A DNA stretch of 64,000 nucleotides, from assembly GCA_011109175.1 (NCBI GenBank), contig RDEW01000025.1, positions 465,990 to 529,989 on the forward strand, written 5' to 3'. Positions 38,503 to 52,809 of this stretch are shown piece by piece. The position numbers and the translations under genes are program-made. Position 1 is the stretch's first letter. Each line of letters begins with the position of its first letter. The notes under the pieces were generated by a model. The model did no database searches. It was given only the letters and a program-made list of their open reading frames with translations, and was not told the DNA's origin. This DNA is from Dicyema japonicum (taxonomy: Eukaryota; Animalia; Dicyemida).

Positions 38503-40177
38503 TTCTAAGTTATTCGCCTTATATTCAGAAATAGCGCGGTTTGGCGATAGCCATCGTTGATAAATCAGATTAAATTTGATAACGAATTCTACGTATTTGG
38601 AAATATTTTTGAAAAAGAAGAGGACCTCGAAATATTTCCAAGTTACCAATGCCTCCCATCCTTCTGTTTCAAGGACCAAGGACTCGAAATATTGAGTCAT
38701 TTATTGAGTAATAGCTAATTGAGCACTCGAAGGCTATTGACTTGGCTAAATTAGTGATTTCAGACAGAGAGACCAGTCTCTAAAGAGCATGATTTGATTC
38801 CTCCAGTCAATATACATTAAACCAAACAATCTCGTGGATATCTTATGATTAATTATACAGGCTTAAAGTCGATATTACTTGCGCATATTAGTTAATCGAT
38901 TTAACATATTCCTTCTAAAGTGTTGGGGACACTCGATATTCCTTAATTATACAAACCACCATGAGTAGTGGTTTGTAATAATTATTCAGCACTTCCGCCG
39001 AGGAGTAGTAATCTTTCCATTACTCATCTCAGCTTAGGCAGAACTCATTTAGTTATGCTAATTAATCCAAGACATCGATGGTGGTCTCAACTTGTTTTTT
39101 TCTTTTTGTTTGCGAAGTGAGTCCCTGAGAATCCGATTCCGAATCACTGATGACGTCGTCACTCGTCAATCCCAGTAGTGGTTTCTAACTGAAAAACTAT
39201 TTCTTTGATAAAATGTCATTTTGGTAAGTAAAACCAAATATGAGTTTAACTTTCAAAAGTGGTAGTGAGTAGTTCTCGAGATTGAGGCCATTCCCCTTAC
39301 GATTTGTATGGAAATGCCCTTGATCAGTCATCCCTCTTCACTGCTGTCCCTTTTTCTATCAACGATCCGATGGTAAGGAGAGCGACTTTCCGAATGTATG
39401 TTTAACCAATAATTTTCGGGACCAGCAATAAATGAATGAAATCACTGTCCAAATTTTTCGAATTTATTAGGAGCACGCCTTCTAACCTTTCTTACTAATT
39501 AACAACGAAATTTGTTTTTATGCTTAAATTCACTATTTTTACCTCACTTGGCGACAACTAGAAAAATTAGCTTTAGATTCGAAAATAAATAGGATCTAAT
39601 ATTGATTGATGCAGCATAAAGTTAACTAAAATGGCAACATTATCAAATCATAAAGTTAATCTGCCGATTAGAAAAATTTAAGCTAATTTTCTTAAATTTC
39701 TTTGATGTGCCTGCTGTGCAAAAGAGCCTTTTTTTACAGCCGAGATTTAAATTTTTTATTAATAAAGCCCTTTCTCTATGCCATGGCAAGCATTGCAGCC
39801 CGAAAAATCCTCCTCCACTTGTTCCTGTCGTGAGCAAACTTCCGTAGTCCCTCTCTCTGAAACGTCTCACATTTTTGGAGGTCCCCATCGAAGACCATTG
39901 ACAGGATAGTGTTTGGTCATCCAGGGAATCAGGAGCAACAGAATTCTCAACTCTAAATAGTCAATAATGCGGTTACATTAGTGAGAATTGTAGTACATGC
40001 ACTCAACTGTAGAATAATAATTCCACATTTCACTCAATTTCCACATTTTGTTAATCTTGAATTTATTAAACGCTGAGTGAATTCGAGTCATAAGATTAGG
40101 ATTAATAAAATTAATAAAATTAAAAAAATATTAAAAAAATAATGTTCGATTACGTCCATTAGAAAGACTGTTCCAAA

Positions 40178-40945
40178 TTACGTCTGTTTGTTCAAATCAA
40201 TGATGTCATCAACAAACTTTTGTGGGTCTAAGCGGGAAAGATCGAGTTGCTTCTTAAATAGAGCATAAGATTACTGATACATTAGGGGACTTTCTCTCGT
40301 GCAAATAGTTTGTATTCCTATAAATATCTGTGGAATATGAGTTTGAGGTGTAATGTCCAGGTATGCGCTTTTCTAGGGGCAAAGTCGACGTATTCATGGC
40401 ATTGGAGTTGTTTGGGGAAATTGAATTGAAGTTGGAAATGAAGGTCTGGTGTTTTCTTTAAATTAACTTAGAATATACGGTTTGAAGTTGAAATCCCCGG
40501 AAATGATTTCTATGTTTAAGGACAAGCTGAGCATGCTGTTTGGCAGACAGTCGTTGATTGAATACGGAAGAATTAGAAGCTTTCTAGTCTGCTCTCCCAT
40601 TCCAGCAAACTCAGCCAAATCTACTTCCACAAAGCCCATTTTCTTCGAGCTCTTCCCCCTTTGAATTCCTTTCTGACTGAGATTCTACATTTGCAGCTTT
40701 CGAGAGTTCGAGTGAGCAAGTTGGAAGTCATTTTAGCACTAAATTCGATCTTGGAATCAAATTTAACGTTGTGATTTACTACTTGAAATCTATGGTCAGC
40801 GAAAATCATACTTGTCTGTATAAATGGGAGAGAAACAGGGACTTGACAGTCGGATCTTGCAGAACATGATTCCATTAACGTAAGGGATAGAGGAAAGGTC
40901 ATTTACACAAATAGTGACCATAAACTTATGACTTCCTTTCTTCAT
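40178..40945 (-). CDS. EEIG1/FAM102 family NT-C2 domain protein (one frameshift at 40655-40659)
   Basis: LSSIPYVNGIMFCKIRL...RISVRKEFKGG[K]SSKKMGFVEVDLAEFAG...NSML...SGDFNFK; introns of 22, 23, 28 nt. Confidence 0.88.
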
Positions 40946-43129
40946 TGATTAATACATAAGAAAGAATTTTACTTTATCTTATAAAATATTGTTAAATTTA
41001 ATTTATTATTTACACAAAAATAAAATTTATTAAATAAATTCATAATTTATTTACAAGTGGAATCATTTAAAATGTCAATGACTTTAAGGGACTTGTGGGT
41101 CGTCCAACGCTTTCGACTGGACACCTGTTAGTGAAGTCAACTAATCAAAATCTCGTTACATTGCTAGGACTTGCTGGACCTTAGAGAGTTACCTATGGAT
41201 GTTGCGAGATCAATATTTCTCAGAGAACCAGTTTTTCATTCTGGGTCCTTTTTGGTCACCCGATAGTTTGCAAGTGTAAATTCAGAAATCGTGTTTAGAC
41301 AGTTTTCATCCATCTGGGACAAGAATTTTTCATTAAGTTACCTGGTTTCTAAGATATGTATAATTGATTATCATAAATCCACTATTTTGTGCGGAAATGC
41401 GCTCTCAATCAGCTATTCCTCTTCTCGCCTGTTTTCTTGCCTGTTTTCCCGCCTCTCTGATATTGATGATCTGTAGGAATGAAAGCGATTTGGGTCATAC
41501 AATTCCATGGTGGATTTGAAAACTAACTATCCTCCTATGGTCGGGTACTTTAATGGGTTTCGGCTCCTGGTGATCCTGCGTGAGTGGGATGGGGTGACTC
41601 CTTTCAATAATACAGAATGATTCACACTTTACTGGGTCCAACGCTAATACTTTTCTTGTCATAAATTCCAAATTTAGAAGCCGGAAATCTCGAATTGTTG
41701 CCAAATACATGCCAACTTCTCCAAACCATTAAGGATCTAGCAACTCACTTTTAAAGGCAAGCAAAGTCAGTTCGATTGTCGAGTCGATGTTTCTCCCCTA
41801 TTTATCTCTATTAGTGGGTTTGGTAAGCAACCTCAATAGCAGTCGATGTCCTCGTCGATCAATATCATTCAAAAGGAACAATATTAATTAAACCAATACT
41901 AATTATAAAGGAAAGTGCATACCCATTAGTAGAATATATTTACTTAGCAAATAGAGTCCATGACCCATTCCTTGAGGAGATTACTTGCTTTATCTTCTAA
42001 CACTCCAAATAACCGCATCTGTCAATTCCACTTTGACACCAAACTAACTACTCACGTGATTCACATGCTCCAACAGAGACATCATCTTGGTCGGATGCTT
42101 CTCGAGTCTGAGCATGAACGTATCGCCCACATGGCACTCCCTTCAGTTTTTACGGATTAAAAATTTCAGAAGCATTGAAGAGGGAACCTTTCCAGAAGTC
42201 CATCGCTCCGTAACTTTAAATGCCTTTTTCTGGTTAGCTTTGATCTTCATGACAGTTGTTCAGGAAATTTCTGATCTCCCATAACCACGAGAGAAATTTC
42301 AGTACGTTAATGTTTTTTTCTCAGGATATGTACAGTCCTCCACTCTTCTATGGTCAAACTCGGAGGGGCCACTGGGCTTCGCAATCGTAGTCAGACTTCC
42401 CAGTCTCTTGAGTCTCTTAGTTTCCAGTTTTTTCAACACAATAGCGCAGAACATGAACCGGTATAGGAGCTCTACACAGATAACTGTGCATGACTCTATC
42501 TTGGTTCTACCATTCCTGATATACTTTTAATAGGAACCACCAACGTCCATCACTTTTTGGTATCTAGTGAAGAGTTAGGTGCTTGATTTGGGATGGGGCC
42601 TGCACCGATACTTGTTCCCAGTCGAGACTTTCAGCCTCCGTGTTGAAAACTGGAGAGGTTGCTCGAACTTTCGAGAAGTCCAAAATAAGAAAATATGACA
42701 GCCTCTCAACCTCAGCTGGATTGCTTTGATTGTTCTGTAATAAATTATTCACGTGTCAAAGTATACATTTAAATATTTCACACTACTTTTCTTTTAATGA
42801 AATAAAAATTTAGCATCTTACAGAAAGAAAAGTTATGCAGAAAGGACGTGGTATGTCTTTAAGGTTAGAGACTTACCCTCAATCATAGTGTCAAAAGGAG
42901 AGTAGCGATCCAGTTTATTAGTGAGAGTGTAATAAAATCACTATTAATTTTTACTGGAACGTGAATCCCCAACCGAAATATGGGGACTCTCACCACACCC
43001 ATTTTTAAAAATGTGGAGGCAGGATCGATCCTCGTGTCAGACTGTCGGAGGCGATATTCCACAAATTTCCTTAAATATGTAGATTGATCATCTGCGAGCC
43101 AATCAACGCTAGCACTTTGTGGATCGATT

Positions 43130-46035
43130 ACAAAGGGATGCATCTCGTCTAAAGGTCCTTACGTTCAATGCTAGAGGCTTATCTACTACCTGGTCGAGAA
43201 GATGACGGCCTGGAGAGATACGACGTATCTATTGGGTGCTACAAGAGACGAAAGTTACTTGTAGCCTTGATGAGAACTAATATCGAATTATATGTCAGAG
43301 CGACTCAAAATATTATGGACTTTGATTTGCTATCTACTCAAAGTTGACAAGTGCAGTCCACCGTATATGGAGTGTGAATGACAGGATCTGTGTTATGCAA
43401 ATCCGTCTAAACGACTTACCTCCTTCGAAGAGCTTTCTGACAATTATAAATGTTTATGCGCCACACTGCGGGAGAGTAGCGAAAGATCCGACAGAACTAG
43501 ACGACTTCTATTCAGCACTGTTACGGACGTACAACAAATATGAGTCGTCATCACTAATACTCATTGCTGGGATTTGAATGCGAAATTCGGGATGAAGAAT
43601 AACCCGGATGATGTTTTCTTGGGAGAACATGGACGTGGAATAAGAAATTTACCCGGGACAATACTTGGTCACTTTTGTATGGCAAACAACCTTTTCCTAT
43701 GCAATACTGCATTTACGCATCCTGCCTGCCACAAAACTACGTGGATGGGGAAGCGAAGGAACTCAGAGGAAAGCTGGTCCCAATATACAACCAAATATTA
43801 TGTCATATGCCGGGCTAAAGACAAACACCTTCTAGTAAACGCACGTTCATATGAAGGTCGACGACTGTCAGCGACCACAAGATGGTTATTGCGCCACCCT
43901 GAAAAAACATGCCATTAAATACAGGAATGCAAAAAATCACGAATTTGAGAAAATCAGAGGCGACTACGCGACTGAAAGGCTGATTTCTCAACCGGAGACT
44001 ACTGAGAGATATCAACAATACATTCAGACTAATTTGCAGGACGTATTGGTGGATACCACGCTAGAAGACGCCTGGAAACGCACAAAGGACACCATCAACG
44101 AAGCTGCTGAAGCATGTCTTGGCAAAAGGGAGAATAGTAAAATGCACCTGAAGGCTATTCATCCAGATGTTCCTGAGCTTGCGAAAAGTCTAAAAGAAAT
44201 AAATATGAGAAAATCAAATGCCACTGACACTAATGCGATAAAAGCCCTTCAAGGCGAAAGACAACGTGTCAGAAGAAAAATAAAGGGTCTGAACAAGAAG
44301 CTTTTCATAGAAGAAATAGCTCCTGTATAGAAGAAGTAAACAAAGCGCACGACAACGCACAGGTGTACGTCGCTGCCCGTTTGCTGCGGCGAACAAACCG
44401 AAGTCGACTAACCATAAAAGACGAGAACGGTAAGCTAATACTGAACACCAAAGAACAAACTGAAGCCATCGCGGCTCACTTTGAGAAGCTTTTCAACATC
44501 AAAACCATAGAAATCCACCATTTGATGGAAGGCCAAGACCCCTTGAGATACCAATCACGGCGAGGAAATCAAAACGGCCTGCCGAAAACTCAAGAATAAC
44601 AGAAGCCCCGGACCAGATGCGATAAACCCAGAACTACTGAAATACGGCCCTGACCTCCTTTTTGAAAAAATCGCTACACTACTAAATGAAATGTTTTCAA
44701 CTATTCAACTCTACCGCTGGGTACGGGACTACTAATCCCCATACAAAAAAACAACAAAAACAGAGGACCGATCGAAAATTTGCGACCCATAATACTACTA
44801 AATTCATTACGCAAAGTCTTGGCAAATATTGTGCTTGAACGAATAAAAGGATCTGCTTACAAATACCTACCAGATAGTCAATGTGGTTTTCGAGAAGGAA
44901 GATCCACAGCTGATGCGGTCTGGAGTCACAGATGGAGGTGTGCAACATATCAAAAATACCGTAACGCCAACAATATTTGGGAATTGACCTATCAAGAGCT
45001 TTTGATACGGTTAACAGGAACAAATTAATGGGGTACTGAGCTTATTTCTTAATGAATCGAGTCTAAGGATGATCCGAATTCTACTTTCTAACACTGAGCT
45101 TCTTGTGAGAGTCGGAAAAACCTATTCAAGAAAATTTGAAACAAAAACGGGCACTCCACAAGGAGACTCTCTTTCTCCTCTACTATTCACAATCTATTTG
45201 GAAGCCGCTATGAGGGAACTTAGACCGTCATACCAAGGAAAGACGGAAGAAGTAATCTACGCGGACGATGTAGACCTAATCTCTGAAGACAAAGAGGTCC
45301 TGGAAAACCTATTAGAAAAGCACCAGATGTACTATGGAAATGGTTTCTTACTGTGAACAGAGAGAAAACAGAACTCACAGAGATAAGACGGATGAGTAAC
45401 GTCCTAGAAGAAAAGTGGCGACAAGTAAAGAAACTCGGTTCACTTATGAGAGATAGCAAAGATATCTTACGTAGGAAAACTCTAGCCAATGCTGCGTTAT
45501 ATAAACTGAGATATCTATGGCTCAATCAAAGAGGGATCGACACGAAAATGAGAATCCTATTATACGACTCATTCATAAAACCCGTACTTTTATATAACGC
45601 TGAAACTTAGGCGACCTCATCAGGGATATGGAAAAACTAGACTCGTTCCACAGAGGTCAGCTGAGAAAAATAACAGGAACTACTTGACCAACGAGAATAT
45701 CGAGAAATGCTTATATAAGAGATGCAGCACTAGACATATCTGCTTAGAAGTACTGGAATCACGATGGATGCTCTTCGGACACGTGCCATCCCCACGAACA
45801 TATCTATGGAAACATACTATGATAGTCAAGAAGGCCGCTATCGTGGAAGACCTAGAACAACACTGCCAATAGTCTTACAAAAAGACCTGGTCAATAGCAA
45901 AAGAATTTTAAAAAATGCCGACGACCTGGACAACATGAGAGTCTTGGCTAGGAAAAAAATGACATCTAACCTTGTTTCTTTTGCTGCACATGCGGGGCTA
46001 TAATTAGTATGGCTCTGGTGAAGTGCTTAAATAAT
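43130..46035 (+). mobile_element. RTE-like LINE, near full length, many frameshifts
   Basis: LTFNARGL, NVYAP, HPACHKTTW, LRPIILL, GTPQGDSLSP, YADDV, YRGRPRTTL; 3' UTR TATGGCTCTGGTGAAGTGCTT then TAA repeats. Confidence 0.92.
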
Positions 46036-46499
46036 AATTTCTTAAAAATCTAAGTCAAATAATGTGTGGGTAAATACCAATTTAAATTTAATTCCTCTGT
46101 ATTTGGAGTTGGTTTACGCCTATTCCTTTGGTTAACCATTACTTTCTCAATTTGGAATTTAAGCTCTTTTAAACTCTTTCTGAAATTGGTAACTTTCTCA
46201 TAAGTACTTGCTTTTCTTTACGTCCTCCACTTTCCCCCGTCCTTGTGTCAACCATTCCCTCAGCTCGCTAATATTTACACTCTGAAACTAAGGTTTCTCC
46301 ACCTCTTTGAATTCCAAGTATCTGCTTTGTAGCGAGACTATTCGACACACATTCATATTCAGAGACACAAACATTATCATCAATAATAAGAGGAGAATGC
46401 AGACTTTCGAAGCAGAAGGAATCTCAATGATGCATACTTTATTTGCGACATCGTGAAGACACAAAGGCAAACTTCCTATTTCAATCTCACTTTATTAAA

Positions 46500-46680
46500 A
46501 AACACAAAAATCAATCAAAAATGATCCCCGCCGACATAATTGACGTTGTGTTTCCTCTCATGATTGCAACGGAGATCAACTGGAGAAACCACGTGAGTGC
46601 GTCGTGGCTTTTTAGTGTAGCCAGGCGTCCCAGTTTCTTTAGGAAACGAAGCGATTTTCCGCTTATTTTTCCTGTTGTTT
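46500..46680 (-). mobile_element. CRE-like 3' fragment
   Basis: FLQLISVAIMRGNTTSIMSAG, nearly the same as 13725-13830. Confidence 0.55.
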
Positions 46681-46761
46681 CAAACTTTCAATTCACAATC
46701 CATTTAATGGTGTCTAACCACAAATTGATTTTAATATTAACATAAAAATCAAAAATTACAC

Positions 46762-49145
46762 GTGGATTACCTCAAAAAATTACATCGCTTTTGGAGAGTC
46801 AACGACCGAATTTGTGTCCTACAAGTCAAACTAAATGAACTATGCCCGTCCAAGAGTCTACTAACCGTCATAAATGTCTATGCAACACACTGTGGACGAG
46901 TAATCAAGAACCCCAGTGAACTCGAGGAATTCTACTCAGAACTATCAAGCACATACTCTAACAATGCTTCCTCGTCTCTTGTCTTTGTTGCGGGAGATAT
47001 GAATGCAAAGGCCGGAATGCGAATGGGGCCCGAAGAATCCTCTATTGGAAGACACGGGCGCGGAAGGAGAAATGCATCTGGAGCCTCTCTGGTAAACTTC
47101 TTCGAGGCGAATAGCCTTTTCCTGTGCAATACGGCCTTTACGCACTCAGCTTGCCACAAGACGACGTGGCACGGACCAAGAGAAAAACAGCCCTTTTTTT
47201 GAAATCATCACGCCCTAAAATTGGATCACCACCCGAACGTGCCAAATATGGCACAGCATTGCAGAGAGCTACGACTAAAAGCGGCAAACACGTCAGACGA
47301 GAGTAAAAAAAGAGCTTAATATCCAACAAAGGGAACTAAAGTGGAAAATCAAAAAGATGAACAGAAAACATTCACGGGAAATTATTACATCCCTATTAAA
47401 AGATGTGGAATGTCTAAAAGACAATTCAAGGATGTATGCGGCTTTGCGGCTGCTGCGGACAAAGAAAGGACAAAACATCCTTCACATCAAAGACAAAGAT
47501 GGAAAATTCGTGGGTAACCCGAAAGAAAAAGCAGAATTGATTGCACGACACTTCGAAACACTGTTGAATAAAGAAAATAATGACTTTCCCCCTTTCCAAG
47601 GAAAAGCAAAGGCGCTAAAAATCCCAATCACAGTGGAAGAGGTGGAATTAGCGATAAATAAACTGAAGAACAACAAGAGTGCTGGCCGGACAACATAAGC
47701 CCTGAGCTCCTAAAATATGGGCCAAAAAAACTTAGCGACACAATTGCAAAAACCCTAAATGCCGTCTTTGAAACTAATACCGATCTAGGACTTGGAAATG
47801 GATTATTAATACCCATACAAAAACCGAACAAATCAAAAGGACCAGTAGAAAATCTCCGCCCGATAATACTTCTGAATTCGATACGCAAGGTGCTGGCAAA
47901 CATTGCACTAAGCCGGATAAAGGGTATGGCGAATCTATACCTACCAGCAAGTCAAAGTGGGTTCCGAGAAGGGAGGTCTACGGCAGACATTGTATGGAGC
48001 CACAGATGGCGCTGCGCAACGCACCAAAGATTCAAGAGCGCAACAACCGTGTTGGGAATAGATCTCTCCAGAGCTTTCGACTCAATAAACAGACAGAAAC
48101 TGATGAATGTGCTTGAGCAAATATTGGATGAATCGTCGGTTAGGATAATCAGACTACTACTTGCGAACACAAGACTATCTGTGAGGACAGAAGGAGCAAC
48201 TTCCCGCAGTTTCAAAACAACGATTGGGACACCCCAGGGTGATTCCCTCTCCCCTTTACTATTCACCATATACCTTGAATCTGCACTCCGCGACCTCCGT
48301 AAATGCTATATAGGAGACATAGAAGAGACATCTTATGCGGATGATGTGGATTTTGTATCACGGGATGTGACCGCACTCCAACACCTGCTAGAAAATGCAC
48401 CTGCGGAGCTTGAGAAATGGTTTCTCAGCGTAAATGTTAACAAAACTGAAATTACGGAAATCAAAAGAGAAGACGATATTACTCATGAAAGATGGAGACG
48501 TACTAATAAGCTCGGCTCTCTACTAGGAGACGCTGAAGATGTACTAAGGAGGAAAACACTGGCAAATGCGGCAATGGCTAAACTGAAGAAAGGATGGCTA
48601 AGGGCCAAAGGACTTGGAATTGACATCAGATGCAGGCTTTACAACGCGTTTGTGAAACCGATCCTACTGTATAACGCTGGGACATGGGGAAGTTCCTTCA
48701 ACGAACTATTGAAACTGGATTCGTTCCATAGAAGGCAACTAAGAAGCTTACTCGGAATGGAGTGGCCACGTAGAATATCAACCACTGGTATCTACAACAA
48801 GTGTATGTGTTCTTACATCAGCAAGGATGTGATAGATGCCCGGTGGAGGCTATTTGGGCATGTACTAAAAATGAACCCGGACGCACCCGCTAACAAAGCG
48901 ATGGAAGATTACTTTGACAGATGCGAAAAACCCTTCCGCGGACGACCTAGATCGACACTTCCGACAGCCCTAAACAAAGACTTAAATCGTGTGAGAAAAA
49001 ATTTAAAGACGGGAGACGACCTGGACGAATTGAGATCACTCGCATTGGACAGAGGAAGATGGAAAAGACTAACTATAAATATTGTTTCTTTGAGTGTTGC
49101 ATAATCATTATGGCTTTCGTGAAAGTGCTTTAATATAATAAATCA
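46762..49145 (+). mobile_element. RTE-like LINE, 5'-truncated with internal deletion, intact 404-aa RT region
   Basis: ORF 47890-49104 with DLSRAFD, GTPQGDSLSP, YADDV; APE fragment 46762-47202; same 3' UTR motif as the 43130 copy. Confidence 0.93.
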
Positions 49146-49869
49146 AAATAACGACCTCTTCTATTCAAGGACCGGCCCTTTGCGGTCTCTAACTAGCTCT
49201 TCATGACATAAATATCATTTCGCATTATTCTGGGTATATGAATGGTTTTTGCCTAAAAACTCGATTGTAGACAAAAGATTCCATTTACTTAACACCAGAA
49301 ACACCGAGAAAGAAGGTAATAGTAGGTGATCCCGGTTCCCCTTATCAACCTTGCAACTTTCATTCTGTGCTCATCTGGAGACCCTACCGTTTCCCGAAAG
49401 TGTATGCGCTTGTGCCTACACAGGAAGTGGATGGGGGACGGATGTCTTAGGAAGCATTGCTCATTTATTAAAAATCATAGTAATAATCAGGTTATTCCTA
49501 ACTCAATTAAGGTAATTTCATTTTTCAACTTGTGGTGTAAAGAAATATCTGATTTATTGGCTTGTTGTCTGTTAAGATTGAGGTTGTGTAGTCTTGGGAC
49601 CCAAGATGGTCCTCTTTTTAGATCGTTTAGGTTAATGATATAAAAATTGACTAATGAGCGTCGGTATTCAATGCTCCTGATGTCCAATTTTCGGACACCT
49701 TGTGAAAAACTAACAAGAAGGACAGCAATCTCTCCTAAATTTATTATGCCCTTCATGTCTGGGTATAACAGCATGCGAGAGTAACTTTCTTCTGGAACTA
49801 TCTAACACAGATGAATCTTCAGTCAATACTTATACTATTCTAATGCGGCAGATCATACGCTGCATTAAC

Positions 49870-50260
49870 GGATCGCACGCTAAACCAGTGGCATACGCGT
49901 CTCGGGAAGTTTAGACGTGTCACTTGGGACACGACGGTAGACAACGCCACGAGAATTTGGTTTTGCGTGGCTCATCGCTGTACCAGTGAAAGGAAGGTCG
50001 GGGCTAGAAGTCTTAACCTTCTCCCATGCCGAAGGGAAAGAGTGCAAGAAACAGAGCAATGAATAGAGTTATTGCAGAGAGGCTAGAAGCGGCAGGATTC
50101 CCTATCCAGTTGGAGCATCTCAGAGTAGCCTCAGGGGAAAAAAGGCCTGACGAGACGCTGGGATGTCACATTGTGACTAGCCTCTCTCCCTTCAACCTTA
50201 CTATGAAAGAACCCAGACGGCGAAGACTTATAACGAATGTCTTGGTGGATAGTACATAGT
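49870..50260 (+). mobile_element. CRE-like zinc knuckle/RLE remnant
   Basis: ARNRAMNRVIAERLEAAGFP...GEKRPD. Confidence 0.5.
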
Positions 50261-50394
50261 TTATCATAAAGACTAAGCAGATCAATGACACCGATGAAGC
50301 AAACAGGAGTTGGCTATTCAGTAGAATGGACTTGGTTGATAAAACAAGGAACAATAAAAAGGATAATCAAAAACCAGAAAATCAATGAAAAAAA

Positions 50395-52602
50395 TCAATC
50401 AACTTCCTCTAGTTGGGAAGGTTCCTCAACATCCTCTGCTACAGGTCCCGAAGCCTCTGCGGTAAATGCCTGAGTATCATCAGGATTAACATCTAGATAT
50501 AAAAGAAATAAATACCAAGGGCACAGCCTAAAATAGCCAATAGTGATTGTACAAGACCAGGTTTATTTTTCAAGGGCAACCCACACTGAATACAAGCAAT
50601 AGTTTGTATAAGATTCATTGACTTGGTAAGAGGTACCGAATTCGGGTTCTTCTTTTCCTCTTCCTTCATAGCAATAATAATTGGATGGAAAGGATTTATT
50701 TCCAATTTAATTTTGGCATTCATGTAGGACATTGTTGACGTATCCCTTAATGCCTGAGCATTCATAATCCTCTGCATGTTGGCGGACCATCCATACTGAT
50801 TGGTGGCAATACAACAGGGAGAATCTTTCAACTTATTGCTTAAATAAACGTCCTCGACTTCGGTTCCCAACACCTCCTTTATTTTAGAGCACAACGGATT
50901 AAAATCTTCTTTAAGAGCCTCGAATCTCTTCTCTTCTTCCTCATCAACCGGGAGTTTGAAATTGTCTTTACTTGGATCAACCAACTTATATCCCTCATAT
51001 TCCTTCAACTTCTGGAGAGCAATACTCATCATTGGATCGGTGGCATAAATGACCTCATATCCCTCGCTACAAGTTGTTCTATAGCAGAGTTAATAGCAAC
51101 AGATGCTTTGTCCTCTCCACAAATGTAATAGATCTCCTTCTGATTTGGCTTCAACCTTTTTATATACGAATCAAAATCTGTCAACTCATCCCCGGATTTG
51201 TTTGAACGCATCATCACCAATTTTGCTAATCTAGCCTGGTTTACTGAATCCTCGTGGATCCCAAGCTTTATAGCTCTGTGATACTCATTAGTGAACTTCA
51301 AATAAAGCTCAGGGTCCTCCTTCATCTCCATCAACATATCAATAATTTTCTTTGTAATATTTTTCCTCATAGCCTTTATCACGTCTGTGTTGTTCAAACC
51401 CTCCCTTGATAAATTGAGAGGCAAGTCTTCACTATCCACCAAACCCTTAAATTAGACCAAAAATCACTTTTACAAAACCCAAATAACCGGGGATAATATC
51501 AATACAATCATCCATAATAAAAACTTTCCTCACGTACATTTTTAACCCAGATTTACTCTTTTTTGTCTCAAACATGTCGAATGGTGCTCTCTTCGGGATA
51601 AATAGCAACACTGTGAATTCCAACTGACCTTCCATTGTGTAGTGTTTAACAGCCAAATGATCCTCCCAGTCATTTGAAATTGACTTATAAAACTCGGCAT
51701 ATTCTGTCTCTGTTATATCAGAAGGATTTCTTGTCCATAATGGCTTCACTTTGTTCAAAACTTCCTTATCAATATAGTTCTCCTTCACTTTTTTCTTTTT
51801 CTTTTTATCTACCACTTTTTATATCCTCATCAGCCAATTCTTCAATCTTTGTTCCTGCATCTTCCTCTTTCTCTCCCCCTTCATCCTCATCATCTGTCAT
51901 CTCGTACTCTCGTTCCTTACTTACTTCCAAATATATCGGATAGCTAATAAATCCAGAGTGCTTCTTAATTACATCTCGCAATTTCTTCTCTTTCACATAC
52001 TCCTCGCATCCAGGTTTAAGGTACATTATAATAGCAGTTCCTCTCTGCATTTCCTTGTATGGTTCACAGGGTGAAATGCTAAAGGTACCATCTCCCGCAC
52101 TCTCCCACATGTGCCAGTCATCGTCATTATTTTTGCTTAGCACCTGCACACGGTCAGCTATCAAGAACACTGAGTAGAAACCAACACCGAATTGACCAAT
52201 CATGTTGATGTCACATCCTTGCTACAGAAATATCATTATAAAGATTGTACCTGATTAGCCTCAAGGAAGGCTCTAGTACCAGTATGGGCAATGGTTCCAA
52301 GATTCTTTATCAGCTCAGCTTCCGTCATGCCGATTCCTGTGTCTGTTATCGTGAGTATATTCTCTGCAGCGTCCGGTATGATCTAAATTTGAAGATGTTA
52401 AGAATACATCGACTCGAAACTCAGAACCGGTTGAGAGTTTATCTGGGTCGGTCATAGACTCAAATCTGATCTTGTCGATAGCATCAGATGAATTAGATAT
52501 CAACTCCCTGATGGCCGTATCCTTGTTACTGTAGATTGAATTTGTGAAAAGATTAAGAAGGTTCTCTGCGGAGGCATCAAATCTATGCGTCGTTGTAGCC
52601 AT
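50395..52602 (-). CDS. HSP90: Cytosolic Hsp90, divergent, with apparent frameshifts near 51810 and 51062
   Basis: [70 protein letters not shown]-terminal LEEVD*; introns of 25, 29, 22, 23 nt. Confidence 0.96.
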
Positions 52603-52631
52603 TTTCGATCGCTTGCTCGCCGTAGAATCGC

Positions 52632-52670
52632 TTTTTATAATTGAAAACGTTTAGAAAATTCTAGTATTTC
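52632..52670 (-). promoter_or_regulatory. Hsp90 promoter: TATA box and heat-shock-element-like array
   Basis: TATAAAAA (minus strand, 52632-52639) about 30 nt upstream of the ATG; aGAAaaTTCtaGtAt at 52653-52667. Confidence 0.55.
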
Positions 52671-52809
52671 TACACCTTGTTTGCAAAGTTTAGGGTAGCC
52701 AATTGTTAAATAAGTTATATTTCTAACTAATAATATTTTATAATTTTATTTATTTATAATTTCCATCTGAGTCGTTCATTTAAATTTTATTTATGAGATT
52801 TATATTAAA

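Noticed and set aside
39146-39170. CTGATGA hammerhead-like cores (also 1099 and 55632 minus)
   Set aside because: No stem II plus GAAA; two of them match decayed RT (Y/F)ADDV codons
41060-41800. Intron-like signals suggesting a minus-strand gene (similar at 8540-8970 and 23400-23820)
   Set aside because: Could not assemble an open spliced frame or recognise a product
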